Source: Octopus vulgaris (lineage: Eukaryota). From it: a DNA stretch of 64,000 nucleotides. Under the pieces are notes generated by a model, which saw nothing but the letters and a program-made list of their open reading frames with translations, did not search any database and was not told the DNA's origin. The stretch lies in NCBI GenBank assembly GCA_951406725.2, contig OX597831.1, positions 34,348,001-34,412,000 on the forward strand, given 5' to 3'. This document shows positions 1 to 13,671 of this stretch, piece by piece. The position numbers and the translations under genes are program-made. Positions within the stretch are counted from its first letter, which is position 1; the number at the start of each line of letters is the position of its first letter.

Positions 1-13
1 TAGTAGTAGTAGT

Positions 14-51
<38 letters not shown>

Positions 52-108
52 TAGTAGTAGTAGCAGCAGCAGCAGAAATAGTAGCAGTAGTGGTGGTGGT
101 GGTGGTGA

Positions 109-144
<36 letters not shown>

Positions 145-337
145 AATCGTTTGGCTCTAGGTAAGCCGTAACAAACCTCAAGTGAGAGAAAGAGACAGAG
201 ACAAAGAGAGAGTGAGAGGGAGTGGGAGAAAGTGAGTGAGTGAGTGAGTGAGTGGGTGAGAGAAGCAGTGAGAAAGGACAGAGTCGGACGTTTAAGGAAG
301 CACTGAACGCTAACTGGAAAATTCACAGTATTAGTAT

Positions 338-406
<69 letters not shown>

Positions 407-553
407 TAGTAGTATTTGTAGTAGTAGTAGTAGTAGCAGCAGCAGCAGAAATAGTAGCAGTAGTGGTGGTGGTGGTGGTGATGGTGGTGGTAGTAATAGT
501 AGTAGTAGTAGTAGTAGTATAATCGTTTGGCTCTAGGTAAGCCGTAACAAACC
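1..553. repeat. Compound (TAG/CAG/TGG)n microsatellite within a ~376-bp direct duplication
   Basis: The microsatellite block plus the unique tail tataatcgtttggctctaggtaagccgtaacaaacc ends at both ~177 and ~553. Confidence 0.85.
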
Positions 554-1366
554 CCAACACTTGCTTCTAGGTCAGCCGTAACCAACCTCATGTATTTTTG
601 TTATATATATATCTTAGACTATATAGAGCAATGTATCCTTGCTTTTACAAAACGACATACGGGTTTTATTTAAGAAGTATTTGGCTGCTAATTTCAAAAG
701 GTCGAGTGGACAGCATAGTAGCACACAGAAATTCGATTTCCCATTGTTCTGAGATCTATCAAGAAAATATAGAAATAATTACATGATCTTTACTTTATTC
801 TCGTATATTTCGGTTGCTTCTCTCAGTTAAGGAGGTAAATTGGCAAAGTCGTTAAACCATTGGAATATAATGCTTTCAGTATTTAATTCGACCCTTTGTG
901 CTGTGAGTTCAGATCCTGCCAAGACCAAATTAGCTTTATCTTTTTTTAGAGTCGATAAATAAGCACCGACCCAAGGTAGTGGATTGACAGAACACTGTTC
1001 GGACGATATGCCTTGTGGTGGCTCTTCCGGTCCTCTACTTTCAAACGGCAACGCCTTTGACATCGTTGGTGCCAATAAGGGTGGAGATTTGTCTTGTGCA
1101 AGCAAATGCTAGTCTTCTATTTAAAAAATAATATTCCCTATACCTGCACAGGCTGAATCAAAATACTTAATCATACTATATTCACTGGCCAGCGGAGGTC
1201 TATATATGTTCTTTCACTAAACGCACCACAAAAGATAGCGTAGCAAAATAATTAGCATTAAATAATAGTTGGTAATGTTTTGCAGTGTATCTTTATATCT
1301 GCTTTTTATTCTAACTATAAACACAGCCACTCCACGATTCAATAGAATATATATTTATTCGTTTCA

Positions 1367-1590
1367 GGAAAATTCGCCGTAAGAAATTTCGCCGTATGTT
1401 CAATGATAAACTATATTATATCAGCAGTTTTTGAAACATACAAAAAAAAACTGATAAAATGTTTTATAAACGCATTAAATAGGAACGTCTTTATTCAACG
1501 TCAAACTGTTAAAAATGTGATGAAGTCATTTAAAATGAAATTTATTATGGCGAATTTTCCTACGGCAAAAATGTTAACGGCAAAATTTCC
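1367..1590. mobile_element. Short non-autonomous DNA element (MITE-like) with reiterated inverted termini
   Basis: Left ggaaaattcgccgtaagaaatttcgccgta; right atggcgaattttcctacggcaaaaatgttaacggcaaaatttcc is an imperfect reverse complement. Confidence 0.6.
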
Positions 1591-3644
1591 TATAACCATA
1601 TCTATCATGTATTGTACAGATATCGATTCCTTTGCCTGTCGTTCTCAACAAGTCGATGAAATAAATAAAAGACCAAATACGGTCAATTTGACATTCCTGT
1701 AAAACGTTAATGGATTTATACAAAAAGACTAATGCAGAGAATCTCCCCGTTGTATAACAATGTGCCCAGCAGTAACCCTTCGGTTATTCCAAGGACTATC
1801 AACTTGATATATTTCTGAGACGAAATAGCTCTTATTTGGGTATATTATTCGTTTCCGCTTTGTACTTACAAAGAGTTACAGCTCCGAAATAGTTACATAG
1901 TCATCAAGAGTCTTCAAGATCAAGACTTGCATGTCCATGTCAACCCTTACCCACTACATTTCATTCCGTATCACCTCACCCTTCACTACAAGTTCGCACT
2001 TTACTACAACCGTGCTGACGAGCCACTGTTCCTATCATTAACAATATCTTTTGTTGTTACCTTCGTATCATATCGTCTGATGCACGGTTGTACTAATGTA
2101 TAGGAGGAATATTTCGACGTGCTTTCATGTCTTCTTATTTTCAAAACCAGGCTCATACCTTCATAAGTCCTACCTATCAACATAGCACGCATGATGTCAC
2201 ATGTCGTCTAAGATTCATGAGACTGTTTACGGCTTGCATGAAACAGACACGTCTCCTTCTTCCTTGCCCGTACCTAAATAAATCCTACAGGAAAAGATGC
2301 ACTCTCTTATGTAACACACATGTTCCTTTCTCTGACTAGATGCGACCTGTGCTTAAAACCTCACTTTGACTTGTATTGCTAACAAAGAAGTTATTGCTTG
2401 TACTTTTATTAACATCAAAAAATGTGCGTTGTACTTGTTAGTTTTATTCAAGTCATGCATGTTTAAGTTATGGCGTATTAAATAGAGACTGTCAATGCTT
2501 ATCAACAATGTATCTTTCACTTTTTCATTCGCTTTCGTGTATTCAAAATTTTGCAGGTATATTGTATATATTTTCGGTGAGAGGGAAGATTGCGTCATTG
2601 CCATTTTTCTCTTTGTTGCTAGTGCCTACTTCCTCCGTTCTTCTGAGAGTAAAAGCCATGATATATAGAATTATTGAATGTAAACACATGATCTTTTTAG
2701 AAGCAATTAAGTATCTGAAAGACAAATCTTTCCTTTGCTACATGTTATGAAATAGATGTAAACGCGTTTGCAAAATGAACGAAGATAAAATTTACCACTG
2801 CTCAAAAAGTTACACACAATTGAAAACAACTCTTGTTATGTGCAGACTACAACATATTCAAGACTATCAATTTAATATACACGCAATGACGATAGCGATA
2901 AGAACAACAACAGCAACAATGATACTAATAAAGTTGTGAAAGGAACGATTTGTCCACTATGAGAGAGAAGAACGTGAATGAATGAATGGAAAGTGATGAA
3001 GAGAGCTGGTTTTGAGCAAAAGAAAAGGAAAGATTGATAACAAAAAGAAATAGGAGAAGTGAATAAAAACAATAATGATAATAATAGTTTCTACAATACG
3101 CACAATGTCTGATATTATGGAAGAAAGACTACTTGATTACAACGACCCAGTACTCGTCCGAATTGATGAATGACAAAGTCAAGCTGGGTGGGATTTCAAG
3201 ACAGAAAGTAAAGACTGACAAAATATCGATAAATATTTTGTTCAGCTTGCCGCCTTAATAATCATTCCTGCTATAGGCACAAGGCCTGGAATTTTGGGAA
3301 ATTGGAGCTAGTCGATTATATTGACCGCAGTACCAAACTGGTATTTATTTTATCGACCCCTCATGTGGTGCTGATTATTCAGCGTGGTAGCGGCGGCGCC
3401 GACAGCTGCAAAGGAGAATATATCCACTGGCAGCTTTTTGATGTGTTTAAAAATCACATACCAACCCCTACCACTTTTCCATGGCAAGGTTAGGTCCTAG
3501 AATCTTCCAAACAGACGCATGACATGTCAATCACTAGAATTAGCCCTTCATGTACTCCACAAATGTTTTGTCGTCAATATTGAACTTCCCCGTATCACGT
3601 GTTTCAACTTCACTGTACCGTATATAGAAACTATGCCGTTTAAA

Positions 3645-3672
3645 TCCCGAGCAACGCCGGGTATATCTGTTT
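3645..3672 (+). mobile_element. Helitron-type 3' terminal hairpin (degenerate)
   Basis: cccgagcaacgccggg hairpin followed by tatatctg; the same motif recurs at 18768 ending in CTAG. Confidence 0.55.
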
Positions 3673-3789
3673 GAACCATAGCAGCAACAACAGTAACAGC
3701 AGCAACACCAGCAGCAGTAACAGCAGCGAACAACAACATGGACAACGACAGCAAAAACAAAAACAACAACAATAGCAATAATAATAATG

Positions 3790-3840
<51 letters not shown>

Positions 3841-3992
3841 GTAATGATATCACTGAAAGATTTATCAACTTTGAATGAGAAGCTAAGAGAAGAGTGAGAG
3901 AGAGAGAGAGAGCGAGAGAAGAGGAGAGAGAGAAGAATTTGGCAAAGAAAAACCTGATTGATAAAAGAAGACAATAACAACTGTGCATAACA

Positions 3993-4132
<140 letters not shown>

Positions 4133-4615
4133 AATATGATTCTTTTTTTTCTTTCATCAAAAACTATCTCCGCGTTAAAATGCAGCAGAAACATATCGAA
4201 ATACGTAAACTGAAATGAAATGTCTGTAAAAAGTGCGTAATGGGAAAAATGTTATCGATTAATATTTGAAAATATCAATTTAAAAAACTTGGAATTATAT
4301 TTTATCGTGTGAAAAAGAAACGAGTTTTATGTCAACGGAATGATTATGTGTTGCATTTCTCCGTAATTTGTAAACTATTTTTTGTTTTTTTCCCCCGTTT
4401 TTTTACTCAACTGGGATTTCCTATTCTCTTGAAAACATGACCCGGACACATTCCGTTTCATTTCGATATCTGCAGGCGAAGGTATGGCTGTGTGGTTAGA
4501 AGCTTGCTACCCAACCACATGGTTCCGGGTAAAGGTCTTCTACTATAGCCTACCAAAGCTTTGTGAGTGGATTTGGTAGGCGGAAACACAAAGTAGGCGT
4601 AAACTGAAAGTACAA

Positions 4616-5388
4616 GGTGGCGAGCTGGCAGAAACGTTAGCGCGCCGGGCGAAATGCTTCGCAGTATTTCGTCTGCCGATACGTACTGAGTTCAAATTCC
4701 ACTGAGGTCGACTTAGCCTTCCATCCTTTCGGTGTCGATTAAATAAGTACCAGTTACGCACTGAAGTCGATATAATCAACTTAATCCGTCTGTCTGTCCT
4801 TGTTTGTCTTCTCTGTGGGTAGTAAAGAAATAGGTATTTCGTCTGCCGCTACGTTCTGAGTTCAAATTCCACCGAGGTCGACTTTGCCTTTCATCCTTTC
4901 GTGGTCGATTAAATGTGTACCAGTTACGCGCTGGGTTCGATATAATCGACTTAATCAGTCTGTCTGTCCTTGTTTGTCCTCTCTGTGTTTAGCCCCGTGT
5001 GGGTAGTAAAGAAATAGGTATTTCGTCTGCCGTTACGTTCTGAGATCAAATTCCGCCGAGGTCGACTTTGCCTTGCATCCTTTCGGGATTGATAAATTGG
5101 GTACCCGTTACGCACTGGGGTCGATATAATCGACTTAATCAGTCTGTCTGTCCTTGTTTGTCCTCTCTGTGTTTAGCCCCGTGTGGCTAGTAAAGAAATA
5201 GGTATTTCGTCTGCCGTTACGTTTTGAGTTCAAATTCCGCAGAGGTCGACTTTGCCTTTCATCCTTTCGGGGTTGATAAATTGAGTAACAGTTACGCAAT
5301 GAGGTCGATGTAATCGACTTAATCCCTTTGTCTGTCCTTGTTTGTCCCCTCTATTTTTAGCCCCTTGTGGTCAATAAAGAAATAAGAA
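4616..5388 (+). mobile_element. tRNA-derived SINE family A, head-to-tail multimer of four ~184-bp units
   Basis: Head ggcgagctggcagaaacgttagc (A-box-like) and B-box gagttcaaattcc; central gaggtcgactttgcctttcatcctttcggggtcgat domain; units restart at gtatttcgtctgcc at 4664, 4834, 5018 and 5202. Confidence 0.9.
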
Positions 5389-5399
5389 GTGCCTACCGA

Positions 5400-5560
5400 C
5401 GACCATTCTGTGAGGAAGTGTGTAAAAAAAAAACAGAACAAAGAGCCTGGCAAAATGTTTGAGGAATAACATCAAAGAACGGATTGGAAATATGACAAGA
5501 CCCTGGCTGATTGCATCCATGCAGCGAAGTACATATGGAACTAGAAACTCTTGGCAGGCG
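5400..5560 (+). mobile_element. Degenerate RTE-like LINE 3' fragment
   Basis: Broken translation TIL*GSV...R...PGK....NIKERIG resembles the RTE C-terminal TILQG..RRGRP..W..NIKEWTG motif. Confidence 0.4.
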
Positions 5561-5809
5561 GAGCCCGGACAAAAATATGGCACCTAGGTAATAACATCTA
5601 TACGCGCAGGCGGATGTGTGTGCGTGTGTGAGTGTGTGTCTGTGTGTGTGTGTTAAGGTTCTGAAAAAGTTGAAAATCGGACTATGACTAATACAGCATA
5701 ACCCGATTGTGCGGAGGATGAAAATTCAGCTATTATAGAAATTCAGGGTATCGCACCGGTAAAATCCAGGGTGTGTCTAGCGGAGAGTGAAATATAATCG
5801 ATATAAGAA

Positions 5810-6045
5810 GGCGGTGAGCTGGCAGAAACGTTAGCACACCGGGCGAAATGCGTAGCCGTATTTTGTCCGCCATTACGTTCTGTGTTCAAATTCTGCCGAG
5901 GTCGACTTTGCCTTTCATCCTTTCGGGGTCGATAAATTAAGTACCAGTTACGCACTGGGGTCGATGTAATCGACTTAATCCGTTTATCTGTCCTTGTTTG
6001 TCTTCTCTGTGTTTAGCCCCTTGTGGGTAGTAAAGAAATAGATAT
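5810..6045 (+). mobile_element. SINE family A, monomer
   Basis: Full head, central domain and tail shared with 4616-5388. Confidence 0.9.
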
Positions 6046-6244
6046 AAGAAGACAAAGAAAGAGTGTAATTACCAGCTACGATTGTTTGGGCACCACTCTG
6101 TTTTTAACGCCATTGCTTGGAGAAGTTGGACGTGGAAATATTCAATGTTTTATAGATGAGAGTGGCGCCTCATCAGAGTTGCATCAAAAAGTGCGCTGTA
6201 GTGCTAAGCTATTTCTGTGTCTTACATACATAAAAAAACCCCCA

Positions 6245-6661
6245 CACACACGCATAAATTCACACACACACATACATACATACATACACAGACATACATA
6301 CACACATACATACACACATACATACATACACACGTACACACACACATACACACATACACACACACATACACACACACATACATACATACACACATACATA
6401 CACACATACACACACATGCACACATACATACATACACACATACATACATACACACACACATACACACACACACACCTATACACATACACACATACACACA
6501 TACGCACATACATACACACACATACATACATACACACACATACATACATAGATACACACATACATACATAGATACACACATACATACACACACATACACA
6601 CATACACACATACACGTATACACACACATACATACATACACACACACATACTTACATACAC

Positions 6662-6710
<49 letters not shown>

Positions 6711-6790
6711 TACATACATACATACACACATACATACACACACACATACACACATACATACATACATACATACATACATACATACATACA

Positions 6791-6821
<31 letters not shown>

Positions 6822-7630
6822 GGGGTTGGCTGTATTGCAGGCGTGCGTCAGTGTGTGTATGTGTGTGCCTGTGGATTCACATACACCCACACCAATTTTT
6901 TTTCCATTAATCTTTCAATTATAAAGTGTGTGCTTGCATACATATATATACACACATATAAACATATAAACACACATATAAACCTCTACATTTGTACACA
7001 CACGCACATGTATACATACATTAACTCGCACGCACGTACACACACACGCACACACACACATTTACATATATATACAATACACGCACACACACATACACAC
7101 GTACAAAAACACACAAATTCACATACACACCGATACATATACATACACACAATATATAAATACACGCGCACGCACACATACACAAACGCACACACATATA
7201 GGCACAGACACACACACACACACACACACATACACACACAAAAACATGCGCACACATACGCATGCACACACCCAAAACTCACAACCCCACGGATACACAC
7301 ATATACATCCATATACGTTTACACACACATACATACAAACGCACACATACACGCACATACATACACACACACACACACAAATGAACCCACACATACATCC
7401 CATACACACGGCACACAATTATACATACACGCACACAATTATACATACATATATATATACACACACGCACGTACAAGCACACACGCACACATACACTAAG
7501 TTAAGCACAGTTACTCGCCACACACCCAAACTCTACGCATACACACACGAACACACACATACACATACACACACTACAAACAAAATACACACACGATACA
7601 TATACATACACGCACACAAACACACATACT
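6245..7630. repeat. Long compound (CA)n/(TACA)n microsatellite region
   Basis: Direct reading; source of the H/T/Y and C/V/M ORFs. Confidence 0.95.
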
Positions 7631-7726
7631 TCTTTGTTCTGACCTGTGGCTGGGACACAAAAAACACCACTCCTTATTCTTACAAACAGGCCAGTTACTA
7701 GCCTGTTGTTTGCAGCCACAACCATA

Positions 7727-7757
<31 letters not shown>

Positions 7758-7849
7758 GTGTCATCATTGCACACATACACACACACGCGCAGACGCAGAC
7801 CACCGCGCACGCACACATCCACACACATTCCCCCTCCCACATTCCTTGT

Positions 7850-8419
<570 letters not shown>

Positions 8420-8420
<1 letters not shown>

Positions 8421-8785
8421 TTTACTTGTTTGAGTCATAAGACTGGTCATCTTGGAACATCCCCTTCAAGACTTTTAATCCAAAGAATCGACCCCAGAAA
8501 TTCTCTACAGTTTGGTACTGGTTCTCTCTTTCCTTTTGTCGAACCGCTAAGTTATGGGGACGTAAACATAGCAATACCAGTTTTCAAGCGGTGGGATGAG
8601 CAACAGACAAAAACACAACGACATATAGGACGGGCTTCTGCACAGTTTCTGCTTATCAAATCCACTCGCAAAACCTTTGGTTGGTCCGAGGCTATTGTAG
8701 AGAACAGTCCCCTAAGGTGCCACGCAATGGAACTGAACCCGGAACCATGTGTTTGGGGGAGCAAACCTCTTACCACGCTGCGTTC
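8420..8785 (-). mobile_element. tRNA-derived SINE family B (CORE-like), diverged
   Basis: Reverse complement of the 12471-12875 family (gccacgcaatggaactgaacccggaaccatgtg). Confidence 0.8.
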
Positions 8786-9473
8786 ACATCAACTCATCCA
8801 TTACAGATCCACGTGCAGAATGGATGCAGTAACTATTAAACAATAATGATTTCTCAAACGACTTGCAAAACTTCGATCTTTAAAATGCATTTTTATTAAG
8901 ACGTTTTATTATCAAACACATGCTGTGTCCTTGCGGGTAATTAATACAAAGGCGATAAACATTACGTTATGATATTTGGCAGGATTAAAAATTCGAGTCT
9001 GAAGTTCAGGAATATGGAAGAAGGCGCTCAGAATATACATATCTAATATATTTTTATGGTCTTTGATAATCCTGCCTATCATCATTTCATTCTTTCTAAA
9101 TATCATCCGCATCAAGAGAAACCGAGATTATAAATCAAACATTTTATGAAGGGAGACATTTCTCGTAGAAAATAATTACATTTTTTTCTTTTCTTTATAA
9201 CAACTCTTCATGCATATGACTTAGCTGGCCTTTATATTTTCTTTCTCCTCATATTAATCTTAATATTTTTATAAGTCATATGTCCTTCCACTTTTTGCGA
9301 ACTAATATATTATATTATATATTACTTATCTTCAAATCGACGAGCAAAAGATGGCGAATACTGACAGAATTCATTAAAATATTAATAGAAAAGATATAAC
9401 AAAATTAAGAAATCATCATTGCCATCATCATCATCATCATCGTCGTCACCATCATTATCATCATCATCATCAT

Positions 9474-9620
9474 CTGAACTGGCAGAATCGTTAGCGAAAA
9501 GTTTAGCAGCATTTCGACAGTTTTTACGTTCTGAGTTCAAATGCCGCTGAGATCGACGTTGCCTCTCACACTTTCGGGGTCGATAAAATAAGTACCAGTT
9601 GAGTACTGGGGTCTATGTGC
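9474..9620 (+). mobile_element. SINE family A, partial
   Basis: ctggcagaatcgttagc...gagttcaaatgccgc...ctttcggggtcgataaaataagtaccag. Confidence 0.8.
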
Positions 9621-10040
9621 AAAAATTTGAGCTCATCATCCTTATTATTTGCGAAAATGGTTAAGAGTGGACAGTACTTCACTAGGTGTAGCCCTATGAG
9701 TCGGTGAAGGGGGATTGGGGAAAGTACTTGCACTTCGCTTTCAGGGAGATCTTGGATATTGGGATTCCTCGATTATCTTTAAAGGTCATCTTATATCAGG
9801 ATCACTACATCTCTCCCATTCTCCTTTCTATTTTAACCTTTGTATACTGTGTGTATTTTACTTCCTCTTTATTGTATATCGTGTATATTTACTCATTTTT
9901 TTTGCTATTTATTTATTCATTCGTTTTATCATTTCATTATAAGTAAACCCCCACATTTTGTACCTGTCTTTGCATTTTCCCCTCATCCTTCGCCCTGGTC
10001 GCAAATAAATGAAGTCGTCATCATCATCATCATCATCATC

Positions 10041-10076
<36 letters not shown>

Positions 10077-10632
10077 GAGTGAGAGAGCAGTTCATGCCAT
10101 CAAACTGACACTGGGGTAAAATATACGAAGCCCAATATACCCATCATGACTACCCGTCTGATAAGGGTACACCAGGCACATGCATCACAACCATATCTGC
10201 GCGACATGGTGATCTCATATCAAGATAAACAGCGCATGACCTTGCAGGTGGGGCCCAGTTAGAATTTTCTTCAGGTTGAGTAGCCCATCCCGCTCAAAAG
10301 GTCCCTGAATAAGGGTTGTTTAAGGATGTTGAATGAAACACTCATGTTTCCAGAGGTGAATTATTCAAACCCCAAAGAATCCCTCTCAACACATGGCTAT
10401 GATGCTCCCCCACTACTTCTGCTCGTGATCAGAGATGCACATATCGTCAGCCACTAAGGGACATGCTCAACTGGTTAAGGTCAAACAACTGACAAGCAAA
10501 TCTGTGGTATTGAGCAGAATATTTGCTGTAGCCCATCTTTTATACCAAGACAAAACAATGTACATGATAACACTTCCAATCAGTTAAGATCAGAAGCCAT
10601 GAGAGCCACTGCCTGGTACTGCATCAGGACAT
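10077..10632. mobile_element. ~555-bp interspersed element embedded in (ATT)n
   Basis: Flanked on both sides by (att)n; a truncated paralogue begins with the same gagtgagagagcagt at 10735. Confidence 0.7.
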
Positions 10633-10653
10633 TTATTATTATTATTATTATTA

Positions 10654-10703
<50 letters not shown>

Positions 10704-10734
10704 CATCATCATCATTATCATCATCATCATTATT

Positions 10735-10995
10735 GAGTGAGAGAGCAGTGCATGTCATCAAAATAACACTAGGGTACGAAACCATCATGCTACCCGTCTG
10801 AAAAGGGTATATCAGGCACATGCATCAAAACCATGTGTACCCGACGTGGTGATCTCATATCGAGATAAATAGTGCACGACCTTGTAGGTGGGGCCCAGTC
10901 AGAAGTTTCTTCAGCTTCGGTAGCCGACACTGCTCAAAAGGTCCCTGAATAAGGGGAGTTTAAGGATGATGAACGAAACAACCATGTTTCCAGCA
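10735..10995. mobile_element. Truncated, diverged copy of the 10077 element
   Basis: Colinear similarity through aaaaggtccctgaataaggg and catgtttccag. Confidence 0.7.
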
Positions 10996-11037
10996 TAGTT
11001 GCAGTCCAATAACTGTAACCAGTAATACACACACACA

Positions 11038-11100
<63 letters not shown>

Positions 11101-11536
11101 TATATATTATTATATTTAAGAGAGAAAAATATTTTTCCAATGTATAAACAGCACTTTGAAGTCCTCAAGAGATTCGAAATTAAGGTGTTAAGAGGAATAT
11201 AGAAATGAGAATCAAATTAGGTAAATCAATTTACATATAATAATACGTACATTCAGCCGTAGAATCAACATGAATGAAGTTTGAAAGATATATTTAATAC
11301 ATCAAAACATTAAAAATATATAGATATATAAATATAGACTTATCAAGACATAAAAAATATATTAATACATAAATATATAAACACATCAAAAATATATTAA
11401 AAAAATATATACATAGTGCGACTTAGAGAATAAAAGTGATACCACAGAATTAAGGTAAAATATAAAAGGTTTAAGTATTAAAAATCCGACGACCGTTTCT
11501 GGGGGACCAGTTGTCCAGACAAATAAATGATATTTA

Positions 11537-12057
11537 CCGTAAATCCTCGAGTATAATTCTCACTTTTTTCCAAAAATTTAAAGGCCAAAATGCCTAGAGC
11601 GTACTATATACGAGGTTTAAAATGAACAATATTTTCTAAGCAATGTCCGAGTCTCTATTTGGTGTCCGACAATGTTTATTCAGATGCATTTTGTGATGTC
11701 GGGCGCGAAAATACCTTAAGCTAATCCTGAAAGCAATGAAGTCATAAAAGAATCATCCATAACTTACAGTAAGCAACATTTATTAAAATAAAAGTATTCA
11801 GTTCGCAGAATAACATGTAAAAAAACAATTTGCAAACATATTTACATTCCCATATAACAGTTAAGAACATCACCATTATTGTATTACGCATGCGCAGAAG
11901 TGTTTGTTCGACTAGGTGCTGCTGGCTTAATTACGCACGACTCTAGTTAGAGAAGGGGTGCATATTATACATAAGGTATAGGTTTTTCAAAAGTACAACC
12001 CCCTAAAAATCCCCTGCGTATTATACTTAAGGGCGGACTATACTCGATGATTTACGG
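11537..12057. mobile_element. Tc1/mariner-pogo (Tigger-like) MITE
   Basis: TIRs ccgtaaatcctcgagtata / tatactcgatgatttacgg with TA on both sides. Confidence 0.8.
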
Positions 12058-12470
12058 TATATCCGTTATTGGCCACCGCTTCCTTCTTCAAAGAAAAGTA
12101 AAGTACTTGAGAGATTCATATTAATGCGTTGTCATAATTAGAGTTAACGACCGAGTGATCTTATATAGAGCCATATGCACGAGGACAGTAAGTGCATGTG
12201 TTTTAGCAAGAGTAGTAGGAAGAGGAGATAAAGAACGGAGTAAAAATAAAGCCACTGATGGTTCTATAGGTAGGCGGTAAGAGGAGGAGAATATGGTTTA
12301 AGTATTTAGAATAAGTTTCAATAGGTGTGAAAATGTCGTGCAATGGGAGTGAATCTGGACCCAAGTGATTGCAACTCGGACTTCTTAACCACAAAAGTCT
12401 GGTTTCACGAAATAAAAAGAAACAAAAAATTCGCTATTGTTGTATATCAAGAATTAATTAAGTGTTCAAT

Positions 12471-12875
12471 GAGTGGCTGTGTGGTAAGTAGCTTGCTTAC
12501 CAACCACATGGTTCCGGCTTCAGTCCCACTGCGTGGCACCTGGGGCAAGTGTCTTCTACTATAGCCTCGAGCCGATCAAAGCCTTGTGAGTGGATTTGGT
12601 AGACGGAAACTGAAAGAAGCCCGTCGTATATATGTATATATATATGAGTGTGTGTGTATATATGTTTGTGTGTCTGTGTTTGTCCCCGCAACATCGCTTG
12701 ACGACCGATGTTGGTGTGTTTGCGTTCCCGTAACTTAGCGGATCGGCAAATGAGACCGATAGAATAAGTACCAGGCTTACAAAAGATAAGTCCTGGTGTT
12801 GATTTTCTCGACTAAAGGCGGTGCTCCAGCATGACCACAGTCAAATGACTGAAACAAGTAAAAGAGTAAAAGAGC
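12471..12875 (+). mobile_element. SINE family B, near full length (CORE-like, resembles octopus tRNA-derived SINEs)
   Basis: A-box tggctgtgtggtaag, B-box-like ttcagtcccac, CORE-like ggggcaagtgtcttct, internal (TA/TG)n and an (aaagagt) tail. Confidence 0.9.
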
Positions 12876-13352
12876 AATATATTTACCCTAGAAACTGCAC
12901 GTTTGACAGTATTACTGACTGAAGAATTTGATAACTTTTTTTTTTTACCTACCTCAGAAATAAATAGTTTCGAATTGTAAATTGACACGAAATAGATTTA
13001 TAGCAGTATTAACTCTCTGACTGACTGAGAGCTTTCTGAAATGTGTCACTGGTTTGTTTTAACTTTTTCTATCAAATTCCAATCTCCCTGTCTCAATCTT
13101 TTTCCTTTTAATTAAACTGTCTATTGTTGTAATTGAGAATGAAGTATTTACGGCCATTTTTTTTCTCGGTGACAGGTGAGGAAAATATAAATTTTCACAA
13201 ACCATATTTTCCATTTCCTTGTATATATATGAACTGCATGAGTAAATTAAATATATTCAATGTATTTTGGTTTCTCTCTTTATATTTATATTACTTGAAA
13301 ATCATCGCCTGTGTATTTATAAGGGAAATCGTAAATTATGACATATCATTGA

Positions 13353-13428
13353 ACTAGCGTATGACAGACAGACGGACGTGCAGACGGACAGACGGACGGA
13401 CAGAGAACTACGTTTTATATTACTATAA
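13353..13428 (-). mobile_element. Miniature Helitron-like remnant
   Basis: On the minus strand: aatataaaacgtagttctctgtccgtccgtctgtc start and a CTAG end. Confidence 0.45.
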
Positions 13429-13671
13429 AGTTCGCTTGCTACACTGTGCTGGGAAACATTTATAGAATTGAGTTACTTCCTGCGAAATTGTGCATGAACG
13501 GGTCTAATCAACGAACTTTAACCAGTCCTCTAGTTTATTATAAAACTTCGTTTAACTTTAATCCTTAGTTATTTCAAAAACCTGTCGAGTGCGGAAGTCG
13601 ATGTAGTCGATCAAACCCTTCCCTTCAAGTTTCAAGTCTTGTACCTATAGTGGAAAAGATTATTATTATTA

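Noticed and set aside
252-536. Poly-Ser/Gly protein
   Set aside because: Trinucleotide microsatellite, duplicated locally, with a non-ATG start.
827-1105. 92-aa minus-strand ORF
   Set aside because: More than half overlaps a decayed SINE; no recognisable domain or splice support.
2004-2339. Tc1 transposase N-terminal relic
   Set aside because: Only weak resemblance, on conflicting strands, and no TIRs were found.
4664-5388. Regular repeats suggestive of a CRISPR array
   Set aside because: The units are whole SINE bodies without unique spacers; eukaryotic context and no cas genes.
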